DNA of 64,000 nt, filler included, from Globobulimina sp. (GCA_003354225.1; 11 parts of 11 records of this genome joined end to end with filler, not necessarily neighbours in it), one strand, 5' to 3'; shown: positions 45,699-59,007, counted from the whole stretch's first letter. Numbers and translations are program-made. Notes: a model not told the origin generated them from the letters alone.

Positions 45699-47197
45699 AA
45701 AAAGTGCGTTGAAACAAAAACACAAGTTATCTTCGTCACACCTTTTTGAAAACTTAAGTTCAAGGCATAATTGAATTACTTAGGTTTATAAGTTAGGTTT
45801 ACAAAAATACCCACGTTTCTGCAATATTAAAAATAATTGAAACTTATGTATTCTATATTGATTAAAACAGACCATGCATATATCCATAATTAATGTAAAC
45901 TATTTATTAAAATGCGTTGGATCTGCGTGGTTTTATGGTAGTTGATCTAACGGTGGTTATTTTGCACCAGGAAATGTTGAGTATATTGGTATTGTTGGTA
46001 TTTGCATTCAAGCGAGATATCAATTGGAAATGTTAAAACACATCACACCATCAATACAAATTGCAAACGCACCAAATGAGGATATAATGAGTTTGTGCAT
46101 TGGCAGTTTGATGGGAGGCAGCGTCCACAAAAAAGTTACATGAACGCGGCGCAAATCACGAAATGTATAAAATTAAAATGCCGTTGGTTTGTCAGCAATT
46201 ATTGCAAGAAAAGCTGACTGCGGAATACCAGAAAATGGAGAAATTGGAAGCGTACAAAATACCGCAGATAGCGCCGGATGCATTGCGTGCGGCCATCAAA
46301 CGCAAGCAACCTGAAAATGAGGCCATTGAGGCGGCGACGACGAGGATGTGTCAATGGTGTCGACGGACAACACAAAATTTGAAACAGATAAATGACGCAA
46401 AGAGAACGATTGGAAAGAGAAGAAATGACATTACCGCACCAACAGAATTTGAGCTATTAATAGGTGCTTTTTTTGTGCCTTAGGATACAAAAGTGAGCGA
46501 ACCACAAATTGGTGATTTATTCCGTACAATGTCCGCAAAAAAAAAGATGCAGATACTGTATGCAATAATGGTCGTATTATCATATCAGATGTTACAAATT
46601 TAAAGATTTATTCCTTTAATTAATTTCATTATTGGAAGGGATTTATTCCTTTGTGTTTGCCATATTTCTGAATATAACTTTGGTTTCCTAACATATGTTG
46701 AATGAAACTTGTGCTTGATGATAAATGTATAAACTGTGACCAATTTATTTTGATTTTGCTTGAAACTTTGGTTACAGTGGTGTATCGGATAAGATGCAGA
46801 CGCTATGACCACTTTTTCAATATGACCACTTTTTTTTTTTTTTTTTTTAAANNNNNNNNNNNNNNNNNNNNNNNNNNNNNNNNNNNNNNNNNNNNTTAAT
46901 TAATTAANNNNNNNNNNNNNNNNNNNNNNNNNNNNNNNNNNNNNNNNNNNNCTTTTACTCGAAGTGTGTTGAAAAATGACATCTTATGTCTATAGTGCCA
47001 AAATATTTGAAATAACCATCTTAAATTCATTACAACATATTTTTTGCATATAGCTAATTTTTTTTTAATTTTTTTCCCCAGATTGTTCGGAAAAAAATGA
47101 GTGGGTTAATGAAAATTTTAAAAAGTAATAATTGACCAAATAACACATGATTAAATAGAAAAGAATATTGAAAAATGAACACAAACAGGAATTGTTG

Positions 47198-49164
47198 TCA
47201 AAAGGCAAATCTATCATTGTTGTTATGATTGCTAGTATGCTTATTTTGATTATTGTTGTTTTGATTATTATTTGTATTGTCATTATTACGATTTAATCCA
47301 AATCCAAATTGATTGGAATAACCATTATTATTATTTGTGTTACAACTTATATCAATACCACTATTGTTATTGTCATCATTCAATACATCCTGATTCTTAA
47401 CATAGCCGTCATTTAACATTGCTACAATTTCCACAACTTTGCCATATATAAGTTCAGATATCACCTGATTACTTTGTAGGTCTTCTAAAAAATCACAGCC
47501 GCCGTTTGTTTCAAACTCAATGGCAAATGCATGCTCACTATCATCGCAAGACAAAATATTGTGTATACACTCCAAAGAAACCAATAAAATCTTATCTGAT
47601 TGCTTATTATATGAATTTACATTAAATCGTTTCTGAAAAAACAGACAGAAGTTACTGATCACATTTTCTTTGACTAAATACTGAATAATCTGACTATCCG
47701 CCATCGAAGTTGCATTGGACACCGCCCACAACGCTTCCTGGGCAATAATGATTTTTGTATTTGCTAAAATATGGATTAAAATCGGAAACATTTCTTCTTG
47801 GATCACAGCAATAATTTGCTGTTTTGTACCCGCTGTTATATTGGAAATCACCCAGCAAAGCTCTTTTAATTGCGGGTCATACCGGTATCTATTACTAGTG
47901 TTGTCACTATATTCGCACATTTTGGTGTAATAAAATTTCAATAACCCGCCTAGCTGCGGCAACACACCAAAATCAATACATTTCGCAGTATATTTGTCAT
48001 TCCCCGTTAAAATATTGCCTACGCCGCGCAGCACACTTTGTTTTGTTGGGATATTATGCGAACTTAATAATTGGATCAAACCCTTTGTAATTCCGGTTTT
48101 ATTCATGATCTCTAACATTTTAACGTCGTCATCACTGTCACTGATATCATGCAATAAATAGGCGAAGCTCCATCCGATATTACTGCCATATGGCTCGCGG
48201 TTATGTTCATCATCCAGCATTAGACACATTTTTTGTTGCAATAAATAATACAAACATTCTAACAACGGCGTTAAATATTGCTTTAAAACTGGTGGATGGC
48301 GACAGAAATTCGAAACGGACCATGCTACATTTTTGAGCAACGAAACAAACTGTTCTTTGACCGGCATATCGTCAGATGTATGGTTGACTGGTTTGTCTCC
48401 AAACCTCTTCAAATTGTAATTTGGATTAAATTGTAATTTGCAGAGCTCCAAAATATTGGGTAACACATTGTTCTCTAATAATAAATTCCTTATTTCCGCA
48501 CAATCCCCGGCCATATTTCCTATACATATCATATTATTTATATATTAATATATTTATTGTAATCGGGTATATTAATAAAATAAAAATAAAAATAAACACC
48601 TAAAGCCCACATAGATTGCTCTTTTAATGAATAATTGGGTGATGTTAAAAGCTTAACAAACAAAGGAATTGCCCCTTTTCGCACAATCTCCGATGTAAAT
48701 TCTGGCTTTTCGGTGGAGGCAATATTGGTTAAAATCCACATTGCTTCAAATTGTAATTCCGAACATTGATCCCATCGCAAAAATTGTATCAAACGGGGAA
48801 CAACTCCCGAATCGATCACTTCTTTGATTGGTACATTGGATGAGAATGATAATAACTTTCTGATTTGTTGAGTGCATTCGAAAATTGTTGCTTTGTGTTC
48901 AGTGAAACAACCCTGAACATAACGCGGTAAGTCTTTGAGCATTTGCGCTCGTTGCTTTTGCTCTGATTCCTGCTGACTACCAGCTGTCATTGTGGCTGTT
49001 GCTGTTGCTGTTGATGGCGTGATTCTGTCTAATATTTTTTTTCGTTTTTTTTGCAATTTCATTTCACGGTCTTTTCTACGTAAAGATAATGCATTTTTCT
49101 CTCTTTTGCGACGTGCTTCTTTTTGATCTAAACCTGCCTGAAATTCCCGATTATGTCGAAACAT
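47198..49164 (-). CDS. Importin subunit alpha (IBB domain plus ARM repeats), two exons
   Basis: EARRKREKNALSLRRKDRE, LQFEAMWILTNIAS, EQSMWALG|NMAGD, LRGVGNILTG, KELCWVISNITAG, EALWAVSNATS. Confidence 0.95.
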
Positions 49165-49402
49165 TATTGACTTTATTTGATTTTTGCAAGGTAGCAGGAA
49201 TTATTTTGTATTAAATATTAAGTCCGTAGCAAAAGTCTACAAAAAAATTTTACTTAACACTGCAAACTTCATTTTGGAAAATGAACCACTTAGTGATGCT
49301 TGCGAATTTTCTAAAGTACAACACAACACAAAATAAAATAAAAGGCGTCACAACGCAACAAAAAACAAAAAAGCTGCACAGAAAAAGTTACACGCAGAAA
49401 AA

Positions 49403-50969
49403 TCATGCTTTTGCAACAAGTTGACAATACTGTAAGGTATTAACAGTTTGCTTTGTATACTGTTTACTTGAACCAATATTACTGATCATAATAGCTTTGG
49501 ACCCATCTCCTTTCAAATATTTCCTTAAATACATTGTCAATTTACTTCCTCGATATGGTACGCGTTTATTTTTATTTTTATCCTTCTCATGTAATCCACG
49601 AATACATTCTTTCAATGCAAACAAACTCTTATTTATCTCATTCCTTTCCTTCTCCTCAGACTTGTCTGCATTATTAACATCTCTGCCATACTCATTCCCG
49701 GCCAAATCAACAAATATAAAATCTCCGCCAATATAGGGCTTATCCGCATCATTGGTCAAGCTCTTTATCGTCTTTTTTAATGTTTTTATCCTACTTTTTA
49801 ATTTGTTCATTTTCTTTTCCATTTTCGGCAATTGCGATTTATGCCCGCCCGCACCTTTTCGCACCACATCGTATTTCCTCTTAAACACATCCATCACAGC
49901 CTGTTTCTGTGGCAATTCTATCCTGGCGTCCACCAAGGCTTTGTTCACTAACTCAAACTCTAAGAAAGCATGACTCCGCGACGACTTATCATGCAATGTC
50001 GACTTACCCACATTGCGCGACTGCATACCTTCCATAATGTACTTATCCACTTCAAGCGGTGTGGTCACATGGAAGGAAGTGATCGGTTCCACAACGACTC
50101 GGCCATCGTCGTACTTCATGGTGCGGCCACGAATATGGATATTTCCTTTGTCATCTTCGCGTAAAAAACACTCTCTCTTCTCAGTCGACAATAAATCGCG
50201 AACAATGCCTTGGTATAACTCAGTAAAACGGATCTCGATAAAAGTGTCATTATTTAATGCTTCCACTCGCTGACAAAGCTCCGTTGCAAATAAGCGATAC
50301 ATTCCCTTTTCAGCATCATAGCCAAAGATTGTGTGCGTTTTGCCACTGCCGGTGTGTCCATAGGCGAATACGCACGTTGATACACCACGGAATACGTTGG
50401 AAATCGAGGGCAGAATGCACTTTTTGAAGGTGTCTAAATTATTTTCTTTTGGTAATATTATCCGCTTAAAACCTGCATATTTTTTATCTCGACCCATATC
50501 TTTGCCGCTACATTTTTTTAAGGTTAGTGATTGACTTTTGCTTTTTTTTGCATTTTTTATGTTATAGTCAACAGATTCATGATTATCTTTGATTTCTTCA
50601 CCAACCAATGGCCGCATACGAACATATACTGAGACTGGGAATACATGCTCTTCTTTTTTTTCTTCTTTTTCTTCTGTTGCTTGCATTTCCTTTGTCATAT
50701 CTTTTAATTGTGATTTCGACCGATTTTGAGTGATTTGGTCAACAATTGAATTTATATCTTTTTTATTGACTACGATTTTAATTGCATCCAATATTTCATT
50801 TCGATCTGCAAATCCTAATTGTATCAATTCATTGATAATATCTTCATTCACTTCACTTTCTTCATTGTTTTCTGTTTGTTCCTGTATTATGTTGTACTCG
50901 TTGTATGCAGAATAACTATACATATATAAATATAGTTACTTGTTCGTCGTTGTTGGTCTGCATAGCCAT
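49403..50969 (-). CDS. Kinesin motor protein with N-terminal UBA-like segment and C-terminal motor domain
   Basis: VYVRMRP, FAYGHTGSGKTHT, SSRSHA, FVDLAGNE, INKSLFALKECI, VPYRGSKLT; short first exon 50940-50969 and intron 50882-50939. Confidence 0.93.
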
Positions 50970-51105
50970 AGTGTCAAAGATGAAATAGGAAACTTCAAGA
51001 ATGAATAGCTAACTTCAAAAAAACTTCAAATACTGATAGCGTGCGTGTACAATTTTAGAACAATGGTTTACGTATACATGTTGATCAAGTAATGATTACA
51101 TTTCA

Positions 51106-52212
51106 TCAATCTAAAAACCGGAAGCGTCTCGATAACTTCGTATCAGTGGTACTATCCAATGTCACTGATGTTCCGATTGCAATCGAGTTGTAGAAACAAT
51201 CCGTATTATGTGGTACGTCCAGATTATAATCAACAAAAAACAATGTATTTAATATTTTAATTCCATCGATACTAACATCTTTATTCAACGTAATATTGAT
51301 ATTTTTTAACTTTATCACGTGCTCTCCATATCTGTGAGAAATATCAGCTTGACCATCATTTTCATAATTACATGAACATATATTTTTATATTGTTTTTGA
51401 TAATACACGTAAATGATTTGGCATGTAACATCCGTGATAGCTGTGTTGCGCAGACATAACATTTTTAAATTAATCAGTGTGCTTTCTATACATTCAAATA
51501 ATAAATCAATACATTCGTCACCGAGTGTTTCATCATTGTTAACAAATAATATCTCTAACTGAGACGGCACAATGCTTTTTAGAAAGGTTTTGCAGAGTTT
51601 GAGCATGCCATCATTTCCCAAAACGCAATGATTAAAGAACAAGAACTTGAACTTTGAGTTATCATGCAATGGTTGGCCATAATGAGTGAATATATCACAC
51701 AGGAATTTATTCAAAGCATCCGTACTATTTGTATTTCGCATACTGATATACATTCCTTGCAATTCTCTTATATGTTTTGAGAATTTGGAAAGTCTTTGAT
51801 TGTTAAGCTCTGATTTTGCGAATTCATTTTGAAACAGAAACGCATATTTGATTGATTGGATAAGCTGTGGATATCGCGATAATCCATCCATAGATATTCT
51901 GAGTAACGTATGATATTCAAAGAAGTCTGTATGTTGAACCATTAATGGTCGACAAAATAACTGAATCACTGATCGTTGAAAATTAAGTTCCCAAAGTTTT
52001 TCAAAATAATCGTAATAATCTTCACATTTATGTATTTGGATACAATCAATTTTATAAAATTCTTTGCAAATACTGCGTAAACTTATTCTTTCCCACGGTT
52101 TCAAATATCCAATGATGTGGTTAAATACATCTAATCCTATTTTATCAATCAAATCAACGGATTCATGTGATTTTGCGCTTTTTGTTACTTTACTTTTTGC
52201 GTTGAGCTCCAT
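51106..52212 (-). CDS. F-box plus RNI-like LRR protein
   Basis: IGLDVFNHIIGYLKPWERISLRSICKEF; LGNDGMLKLC, LGDECIDLL, LCLRNTAITD. Confidence 0.7.
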   Translation of the reverse strand: MELNAKSKVTKSAKSHESVDLIDKIGLDVFNHIIGYLKPWERISLRSICKEFYKIDCIQIHKCEDYYDYFEKLWELNFQRSVIQLFCRPLMVQHTDFFEYHTLLRISMDGLSRYPQLIQSIKYAFLFQNEFAKSELNNQRLSKFSKHIRELQGMYISMRNTNSTDALNKFLCDIFTHYGQPLHDNSKFKFLFFNHCVLGNDGMLKLCKTFLKSIVPSQLEILFVNNDETLGDECIDLLFECIESTLINLKMLCLRNTAITDVTCQIIYVYYQKQYKNICSCNYENDGQADISHRYGEHVIKLKNINITLNKDVSIDGIKILNTLFFVDYNLDVPHNTDCFYNSIAIGTSVTLDSTTDTKLSRRFRFLD

Positions 52213-52417
52213 ATAGCAACCAATAACACTGTTATTATAACAGGTCTTCTATTATGAGTGCATGTTGACTCATACTGTCAACTAAAAATCAAACATGATT
52301 CCTTTAGGTGATTCTATCAGATTCTTTTGCGTGGTTTTTGTTAATATTATTCTATTTCAGTTATCTTGAATTATCATTGTTTTTTTGTTTACAACAAAAC
52401 TGTGTAGAACTAGAATC

Positions 52418-52700
52418 ATGTTATCACAACTAAAGCACATTCAAAATGCATCTAAGTCATATTGGCCTGCTAAATGTCTGCAATCGACGCAAAAAAGATA
52501 TAGGAGATATAAATTAATGAGAGGACATTTACCATGGAATCGATGGACACCAAATGGATTCAGAGCAGCAATTTATAAATATGTATGCGATGATGATTAT
52601 AAAAATCTTAGAAATAAAAAGGGATTAAATGACTGCATTTCAGATGATTCAAATGACGAATTGTATAATACCGCATTACCAACACCAACAAGCACACATC
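52418..52700 (+). CDS. Hypothetical protein, 5' fragment with basic mitochondrial-type leader
   Basis: ORF from ATG 52418 runs into the spacer. Confidence 0.35.
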
Positions 52701-52827
52701 NNNNNNNNNNNNNNNNNNNNNNNNNNNNNNNNNNNNNNNNNNNNTTAATTAATTAANNNNNNNNNNNNNNNNNNNNNNNNNNNNNNNNNNNNNNNNNNNN
52801 TTTTATGAAACAAGAAGCAAAGAAACA

Positions 52828-55627
52828 TCATAAAAGATTGGGAGAAAAACTAGTAATAGGCTTAGGCTGTTTAGCTACAGGAATTTTAGGTAACGAATCA
52901 ATAATTACACCACAAGTCGGCTGATTTCCTTCACATACACAAAAATTACATGCTCCACCAACCCAACCCCAGTCTCCCTCGCCGAAATCGCAAACAGTCG
53001 GTGGTGCCGTTGGCTCCGGCGTAGGCTCCGCAGGCTCCGTACATTCATGTACTTGAAACCACATTTTCCCATCACCCAACCCCTCACTACATCCATTCTC
53101 AACAATTTCAATGGTAATCGCCGCCTCTCCCGAACAATCCACTGAGTCATACACAAACACCTCCGCAGTGTCACCATTGCAATCCACCTGCCACGAACCA
53201 ACCCCATCCCCTTCCAAAGCAGGCCAACACATATTAATCATCCTCGCGGATTGTTCAATACGTTCATCCGGTTCACAGTCAGCTGCCAGATTCAGATCGC
53301 TCGTGGAGACCACCACATAGGCACACTTTGACGCGCTGTCACTGGAACACACCATATCGTCGGACCAAATTCGTTCCACTTCGCTCGGTTCGCCATTACA
53401 ACTGCGACTGTTATTCCACGTGGCATGGAAAGCTAACTGACTCGCAACGTCACAAAAAAACATATCCGCGCTGCTCCTGCCTCGGTCAAAACTAACTGTG
53501 CAGATTTCTGACGTCAAAGGGAACGCGCCATCTCGTGTATGATTGGAGTCTTCGAAGTAGGGATTCACGACATATGAGCATAGATTTGCGGTGGGAGCCG
53601 TAGGCGTACCACAGCCCAACATTTCCAAATATAGCGGGCCGTCTCCAATCACAGCACATTCTGCATCACCGACAGTTACACTCCACACTGCATCAATGGC
53701 ACAGCCTATTTATAATCATATTATATAAATATAATTAGCTGCTATGTGAGCAGTGGTACCTGGAGCGTCATATTGCGAGAAAGTGAATTCGTCCGTGGCA
53801 GGATCGCACGTAATCTGTATGGAGCCGTATGAGCCACCATCAACTTCGCCATTTGTACAACCGGCCACAAAATGCTTTTCATCATAAAAGGTGATATTAT
53901 CATAACAGTCGGCGGCATCCACAGAACGAACGGCATTGATCTGCACTTGAACCATATCGCAATAACCTGCACCGCATCGATGATTCGTAGACATCACGTC
54001 CGTAATATACAATATGTCGCCGCTGCAATCGATATCGTCCCATACCACCACCGCAATACTGTCCCATGGAGTGCATAGAAACATATTGGACTCGGTTTCC
54101 GCATCGTTATCTCCCATCCGCCGGCTGCTACAAATACCAATCGGTAATGTGAAGGCGTTTTCGCCCCGTTCATTATCTCTGTTTCTATGATTTCTATCAG
54201 AGCCATTTTGTGCAAACCAGCGAGGATTTTCCACAAAATTGCAATCCGGAGCGATATCATGGTCATTGATGAGAGTTCCTTTGCATTCAAGCGCTTGGAA
54301 ATAGGACCAATTACCAGCCGTGTCATTGTATGCAGTGCCGAATTGTTCCTCGAAATCGTAGCACTCATTGTTTGTGAACGGTACATTGGTCGGATTTGTA
54401 GCACTGGCACAATCTGCCGAGTTATTAAATAATGTCAAGCTTAAACTGGCCGGATTGGTGAAACAATCTGCTATTCCCGCATTGTGATCGCCCATTGAAA
54501 AACACTCATCGGTCAACACTCTCATTTCCTTCCACGACTCACCAAATTTGCAGCCCCGGCTTCCATTCACGTCCTCAAAGTCACTCATTCTAAAAAACAT
54601 ATGGGGACAGGCACCCGCAGCCTCGTTACAGTCAAACACGTCGGCCGTAGAGGTATCGATTTGCTGCACGCCGTCTGGCTCCGTATCACACTGCGTTGCC
54701 TCGCTTCTGTTGTCCCAGGCTGTATATTGCAAAAGTTCCCACGTAAACACGTATTAACAAAATATGTATAAACATACTAGCAACGAAAGCGGCATTTAAT
54801 ACTTGTGAACAATATACCAATTCAGAGTGATACAAGCCGTCTTCGTAGCCACTGACACAGACATCATAGCCCATGGGCGCTTCGATTGTTTCATTCCGAT
54901 AATGATAATGATCAATGTGGAACTGCTCGCGTACATATGTCCCACCCACAATCTTTGAACAGGTGGCTGTAGTAACTGGGCCATCCACAGTGCCACATTC
55001 TAATAAATCAATGTAGGACTGTCCCAATTCGCCCTCATTATCCTGCGGCACTAAGGTACATTCTCCACTGCTGCCTGCGATCGACATTAAAGCGTCTCCA
55101 TCGCACGCGATACCGCTATATTGTGTGTAGGTGAAGTCACCGGAGGTACTGTCGCAGGTTGCAAAATAAGAGTTATATGACGCGTTCCCGCGATCGTCTA
55201 TTTCCACCCAACATTGGTCGGCTAAGGAGACGAACTCATTATATATTGTCGAACTCGGTGCACATGATGAGCCTTCCGGAATGGGTGAGGTTTTTACTTT
55301 GAATACGTTACAATCTGCATTGGAATTACATTGATAATCGCCAGATATCACGGAAGAAATGTTTGTTGGGGTTCCGGTACAATCTTCTGTATCATATAGG
55401 AAATGATAGGGTGAATCCCAAGGCGCACAGACAAACATATAGGATTGTAAACGGCCTCTGGTGTCATTTCGCTCGCTTCTACAGACACCGACTGGCGTTG
55501 GACTTCGGTAATTACCTACTTCTTCCCCGGTGTCTTGACTGATGATTATGGCATCCCCGACATAATTACATGCCCTTGATAGTGATAAAAGGACAGTGAG
55601 AGTGAGGGCTACTTTTAACTTTGACAT
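52828..55627 (-). CDS. Secreted/surface Cys-rich acidic repeat protein, multi-exon, 3' end probably truncated
   Basis: Signal peptide MSKLKVALTLTVLLSLSRA; repeated modules P-x-G-V/I-C...S-x-MF-x-C...DC-S/T-G across three ORFs; PTAP linkers. Confidence 0.75.
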
Positions 55628-55775
55628 GGTGGACTGCTGAGTTGCTACTTAATTGAGTTTTTTTCAATCTGTGAGACGAACTCCGGAACACACACAAACT
55701 ACTAAAAATATTACAATTTTACAAACCACAAAAACACAAAAAAAAATATATGCGACATATTTTATCATGCTGTCA

Positions 55776-57541
55776 TTATTTATATTTCTGACATATTTTA
55801 TCGTAAAAACTTGCATCACAAACAGCAGGCATGCGCATATCCGCTTTTTCCAAATCATTTATTTTTGAATTATAATCAATATATTGCGCTGATACTGTAA
55901 AACGGCTAAATGGATTTAATAATAATCCCAAAGTATTCAAACAAATACTATCCAGTGAACACCATAAATCTCCATCGCAAATATCATTTTCACCGTACAA
56001 TTTTAACATCATTTTTGTGATCGGTTCTTTCAATGTAAATGGAATGTTTATCTGCGTCAAACTTCCATCGATAATATATTTGTCATACAATGCTTGTACT
56101 TGTGATTTAATATCATTTGGATATTGCTGTAATATCCCACTTTCAGGCACGTGATAAGATATTTGTATCCTACCCATATTATTTCCATTTTCCGTGTCTA
56201 TGATAAATGTAGTAAACCCAGAGCTGTTTAAATTTTTTGACGATGAACTCGTTGAACATGAGTTTCCTGACGGTTCTGTGGCTGCTGATAATGACACTGT
56301 ATTCCCTGAACTCACATTGACACCGCCAGCAGTTCCATTTAAATCAATCACCAGATTTGAAGTTTTAATCACGCGGTTTCCGCACAATTGATATGCATTC
56401 TTAATTTGACACCATTCGACAACAAACAATGCAGATTCGGTGGCAAATTCCTTTACCTTTTTAGTTTATAAGAACGTATTAAGATAACCAAGAAAAGATA
56501 ACTAAGAAAGCACACCAAATGATTCATGAAATAGGAAAACAACTGGAAATCGGCAAAACATTGTAATAAATTTGCGAGTGAAATATCTTTATTTGGCAAA
56601 TTTAATCGTATCTCATGTCTGGTTTTATTTTTTCGAATTAAATATAATGGATAATACGCAGATGATATTGCTAAACCTGTGAAGAGTACAATAATTAATA
56701 TTCCCTGACACATTTCAGCCAAAACATAGTGTTGGTTCTCTGTTAAATATGGACGGGAAACACCTTGGATAGAAACAAAAAGTATAATGGCAACTGTAAA
56801 TGACACACATTGCATTAACATTTCTCTTCGTATTCCAAAAATATCATTAAATCGGCCCAATTTAAGCACAGAAAATAATAATACCAATAATTGTGTCGAT
56901 GTGAATAAGATTGGAAGCGCAACGTTCTGCATAAACGGATAGCCCAAAATAAGTAATATTTCACTAATTATCGCCGCAAATACTTGAATGCTGTATGCAA
57001 TCAATAACCATTTTAAAATATAGCGAAAATTACCCCATTTATTTTTATTGCCAATATACCAATTATTCCAGTTATGGTTGATTGATTTTGCCCAGGTTTG
57101 CTTTTGAATGGCCGTGTGATATTTGTGTTGGAAAAATACTAAATACGATTTAACTACGAATAAATCAGTAATACCAAACGATGTACAGACAGCCACAAGT
57201 TTTTGCAGCCATGTTGGATAATGACAACCTGACATAGCGGCAACATATCGAGGTGTTCTACCAAATATAAAACCTGTAAATTAGTGTAAAATATTAAATT
57301 AATCTGATCGAAAATAATATTAAATTATAACAAAACTATACAAAATTATCAGAGAAATGGAGCATTCATAACTTGATATCACTAAGAAATTCAAACATAC
57401 GATCAACAATGGTTGTCGATAGAACATTGTTTTTGACGACTTATGTTGATAAAATCGATAGGTGTAATAAATAATAAATGGTATGGATACCAAGTAAATG
57501 AATATTAACAAAATCATCCTTCCAATGTTTAGAGGGTCCAT
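55776..57541 (-). CDS. Multi-TM protein with C-terminal RGS domain (7TM-RGS-like), multi-exon
   Basis: Several TM helices, DIFGIRREM, then RGS motifs FSYFMNHL|..EFATESALFVVEW, LYDKYIIDGSLTQINIP and LLLNPFSRF. Confidence 0.8.
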
Positions 57542-57640
57542 TGTATAAACTACGTAGAGGATTTAGTGTCGCATTTTTTTCTGGAGAAAAAACCGTGTCC
57601 AAAACAAAACATGTGTTGTTTCAGACACATTTGACTTTTT

Positions 57641-57814
57641 AGGCTTAAACTTCTAAACACTTCTTTTGTGATTGGCAAGGTTTTTGGGTTAGCTAGAGTG
57701 GTTTTCAACTTTGAATACTAGGATTCGAAACCTATGTCAACTTCGAATACTAGGTTGAAAACCACTCTAGCTAACCCAAAAAACACTCTACTAAGTGTTT
57801 AGAAGTTTAAGCCT
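57641..57814. repeat. 174-bp foldback with two perfect inverted arms (22 bp and 29 bp)
   Basis: 57641-57662 is the reverse complement of 57793-57814; 57681-57709 is the reverse complement of 57754-57782. Confidence 0.95.
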
Positions 57815-58176
57815 CAACCCAACATAAAATGAAGTCGATTGACTCAACACAACATATTTTTTTCCCTTTTTTTGGATAATTCAAAGTCGATTGACTGACA
57901 AAATTGCCTTTGTTCATTGGTCTGTAGTCTCTGTACTATTTATTATTGTTCCATACTTGTGTTAGTTCGGTGTATGAGTTGATATCAGGAACGGCCATAA
58001 ACACAATGCACAATGTTGTGTGGGATAAAGAAGTAACTAGTTGCAAAATATAGAAGTTTGGAGATGAAAAAAAACATACATTCAAACAGACAGTGTTATT
58101 TATAACTTATATAAATAATTATGTACAATAACAAAAACATAAAAATCCAAACAATGCAAACAAACCAATATGACAA

Positions 58177-58546
58177 TTACAAACTGTCATAATTTGTACA
58201 TTGTATTGTCTTTTTTTGATTATTATTATTTTTGGTATCATTGGCTTGATTTCCATCTTGTTTTAACTTTTGATATCGTAGAATTTGCCTCACACATTCA
58301 TGGAAACAGCCAACAGCACCGGTCCCCATTTTGAGTTTTGCGCTAGTTTCAAATACCGGGCAATCCCATACTTTCCCCAAATTCTCCAACTCTGAGATTA
58401 AAACTTGCCGTTCATCCTCCAAATCACATTTATTGCCTGCAATTACAATGGGTGCGGTCTCACAGTCTCTGGTTTGCAATATGCGTTCTCTGATCATATA
58501 CAATTCTTCAAATGAGTTTGTTTTATTTATACTGTAAACCAATAAA
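58177..58546 (-). CDS. Ras/Rap-family small GTPase, C-terminal half
   Basis: LVYSI...SFEEL...RERIL, PIVIAGNKCDLEDERQV (G4), FETSAK (G5); cut by spacer. Confidence 0.9.
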
Positions 58547-58647
58547 NNNNNNNNNNNNNNNNNNNNNNNNNNNNNNNNNNNNNNNNNNNNTTAATTAATT
58601 AANNNNNNNNNNNNNNNNNNNNNNNNNNNNNNNNNNNNNNNNNNNNC

Positions 58648-59007
58648 GAATGGCTGAATCAATGGTGGACCACTGAGAGTCGCACCAAGTCCATCTACAG
58701 CAAATATAATGACGGAGAGAGTTCGCCGTACATCGATTATATGTTGGAGTCAGATGTATGTTGGGCGATATCGCAAGCTGATTATGAGAGTAATAAAGAT
58801 GGAGCACAGATGATTCTTGAAAAATGCATAGTGGATGAAGGTAAAAATCAACGGCAGAGATGGATAATATTTAGAAAGGCAGAGGGTAGGAAAGCAGGTG
58901 GAAAGATCAAACATTGTAACGGCCAATGTTTGGCAGAAACAAGTGATGGATATGTTCTGCAGGATTGTAATGATTCACCCCCACAACTATGGGCTATAGG
59001 ATATTGA
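58648..59007 (+). CDS. Ricin-B/beta-trefoil lectin-like domain, 3' fragment
   Basis: The frame is open from the contig start; three QxW motifs (NQWW, RQRW, PQLW) with LEKC, GQCL and LQDC. Confidence 0.65.
   Translation, partial: EWLNQWWTTESRTKSIYSKYNDGESSPYIDYMLESDVCWAISQADYESNKDGAQMILEKCIVDEGKNQRQRWIIFRKAEGRKAGGKIKHCNGQCLAETSDGYVLQDCNDSPPQLWAIGY

Noticed and set aside
5784-58646. Regularly spaced TTAATTAATTAA palindromes about every 5.85 kb, as a biological repeat or array
   Set aside because: They are embedded in N-runs of constant 100-bp total length and separate size-sorted contigs, so they are assembly linkers.
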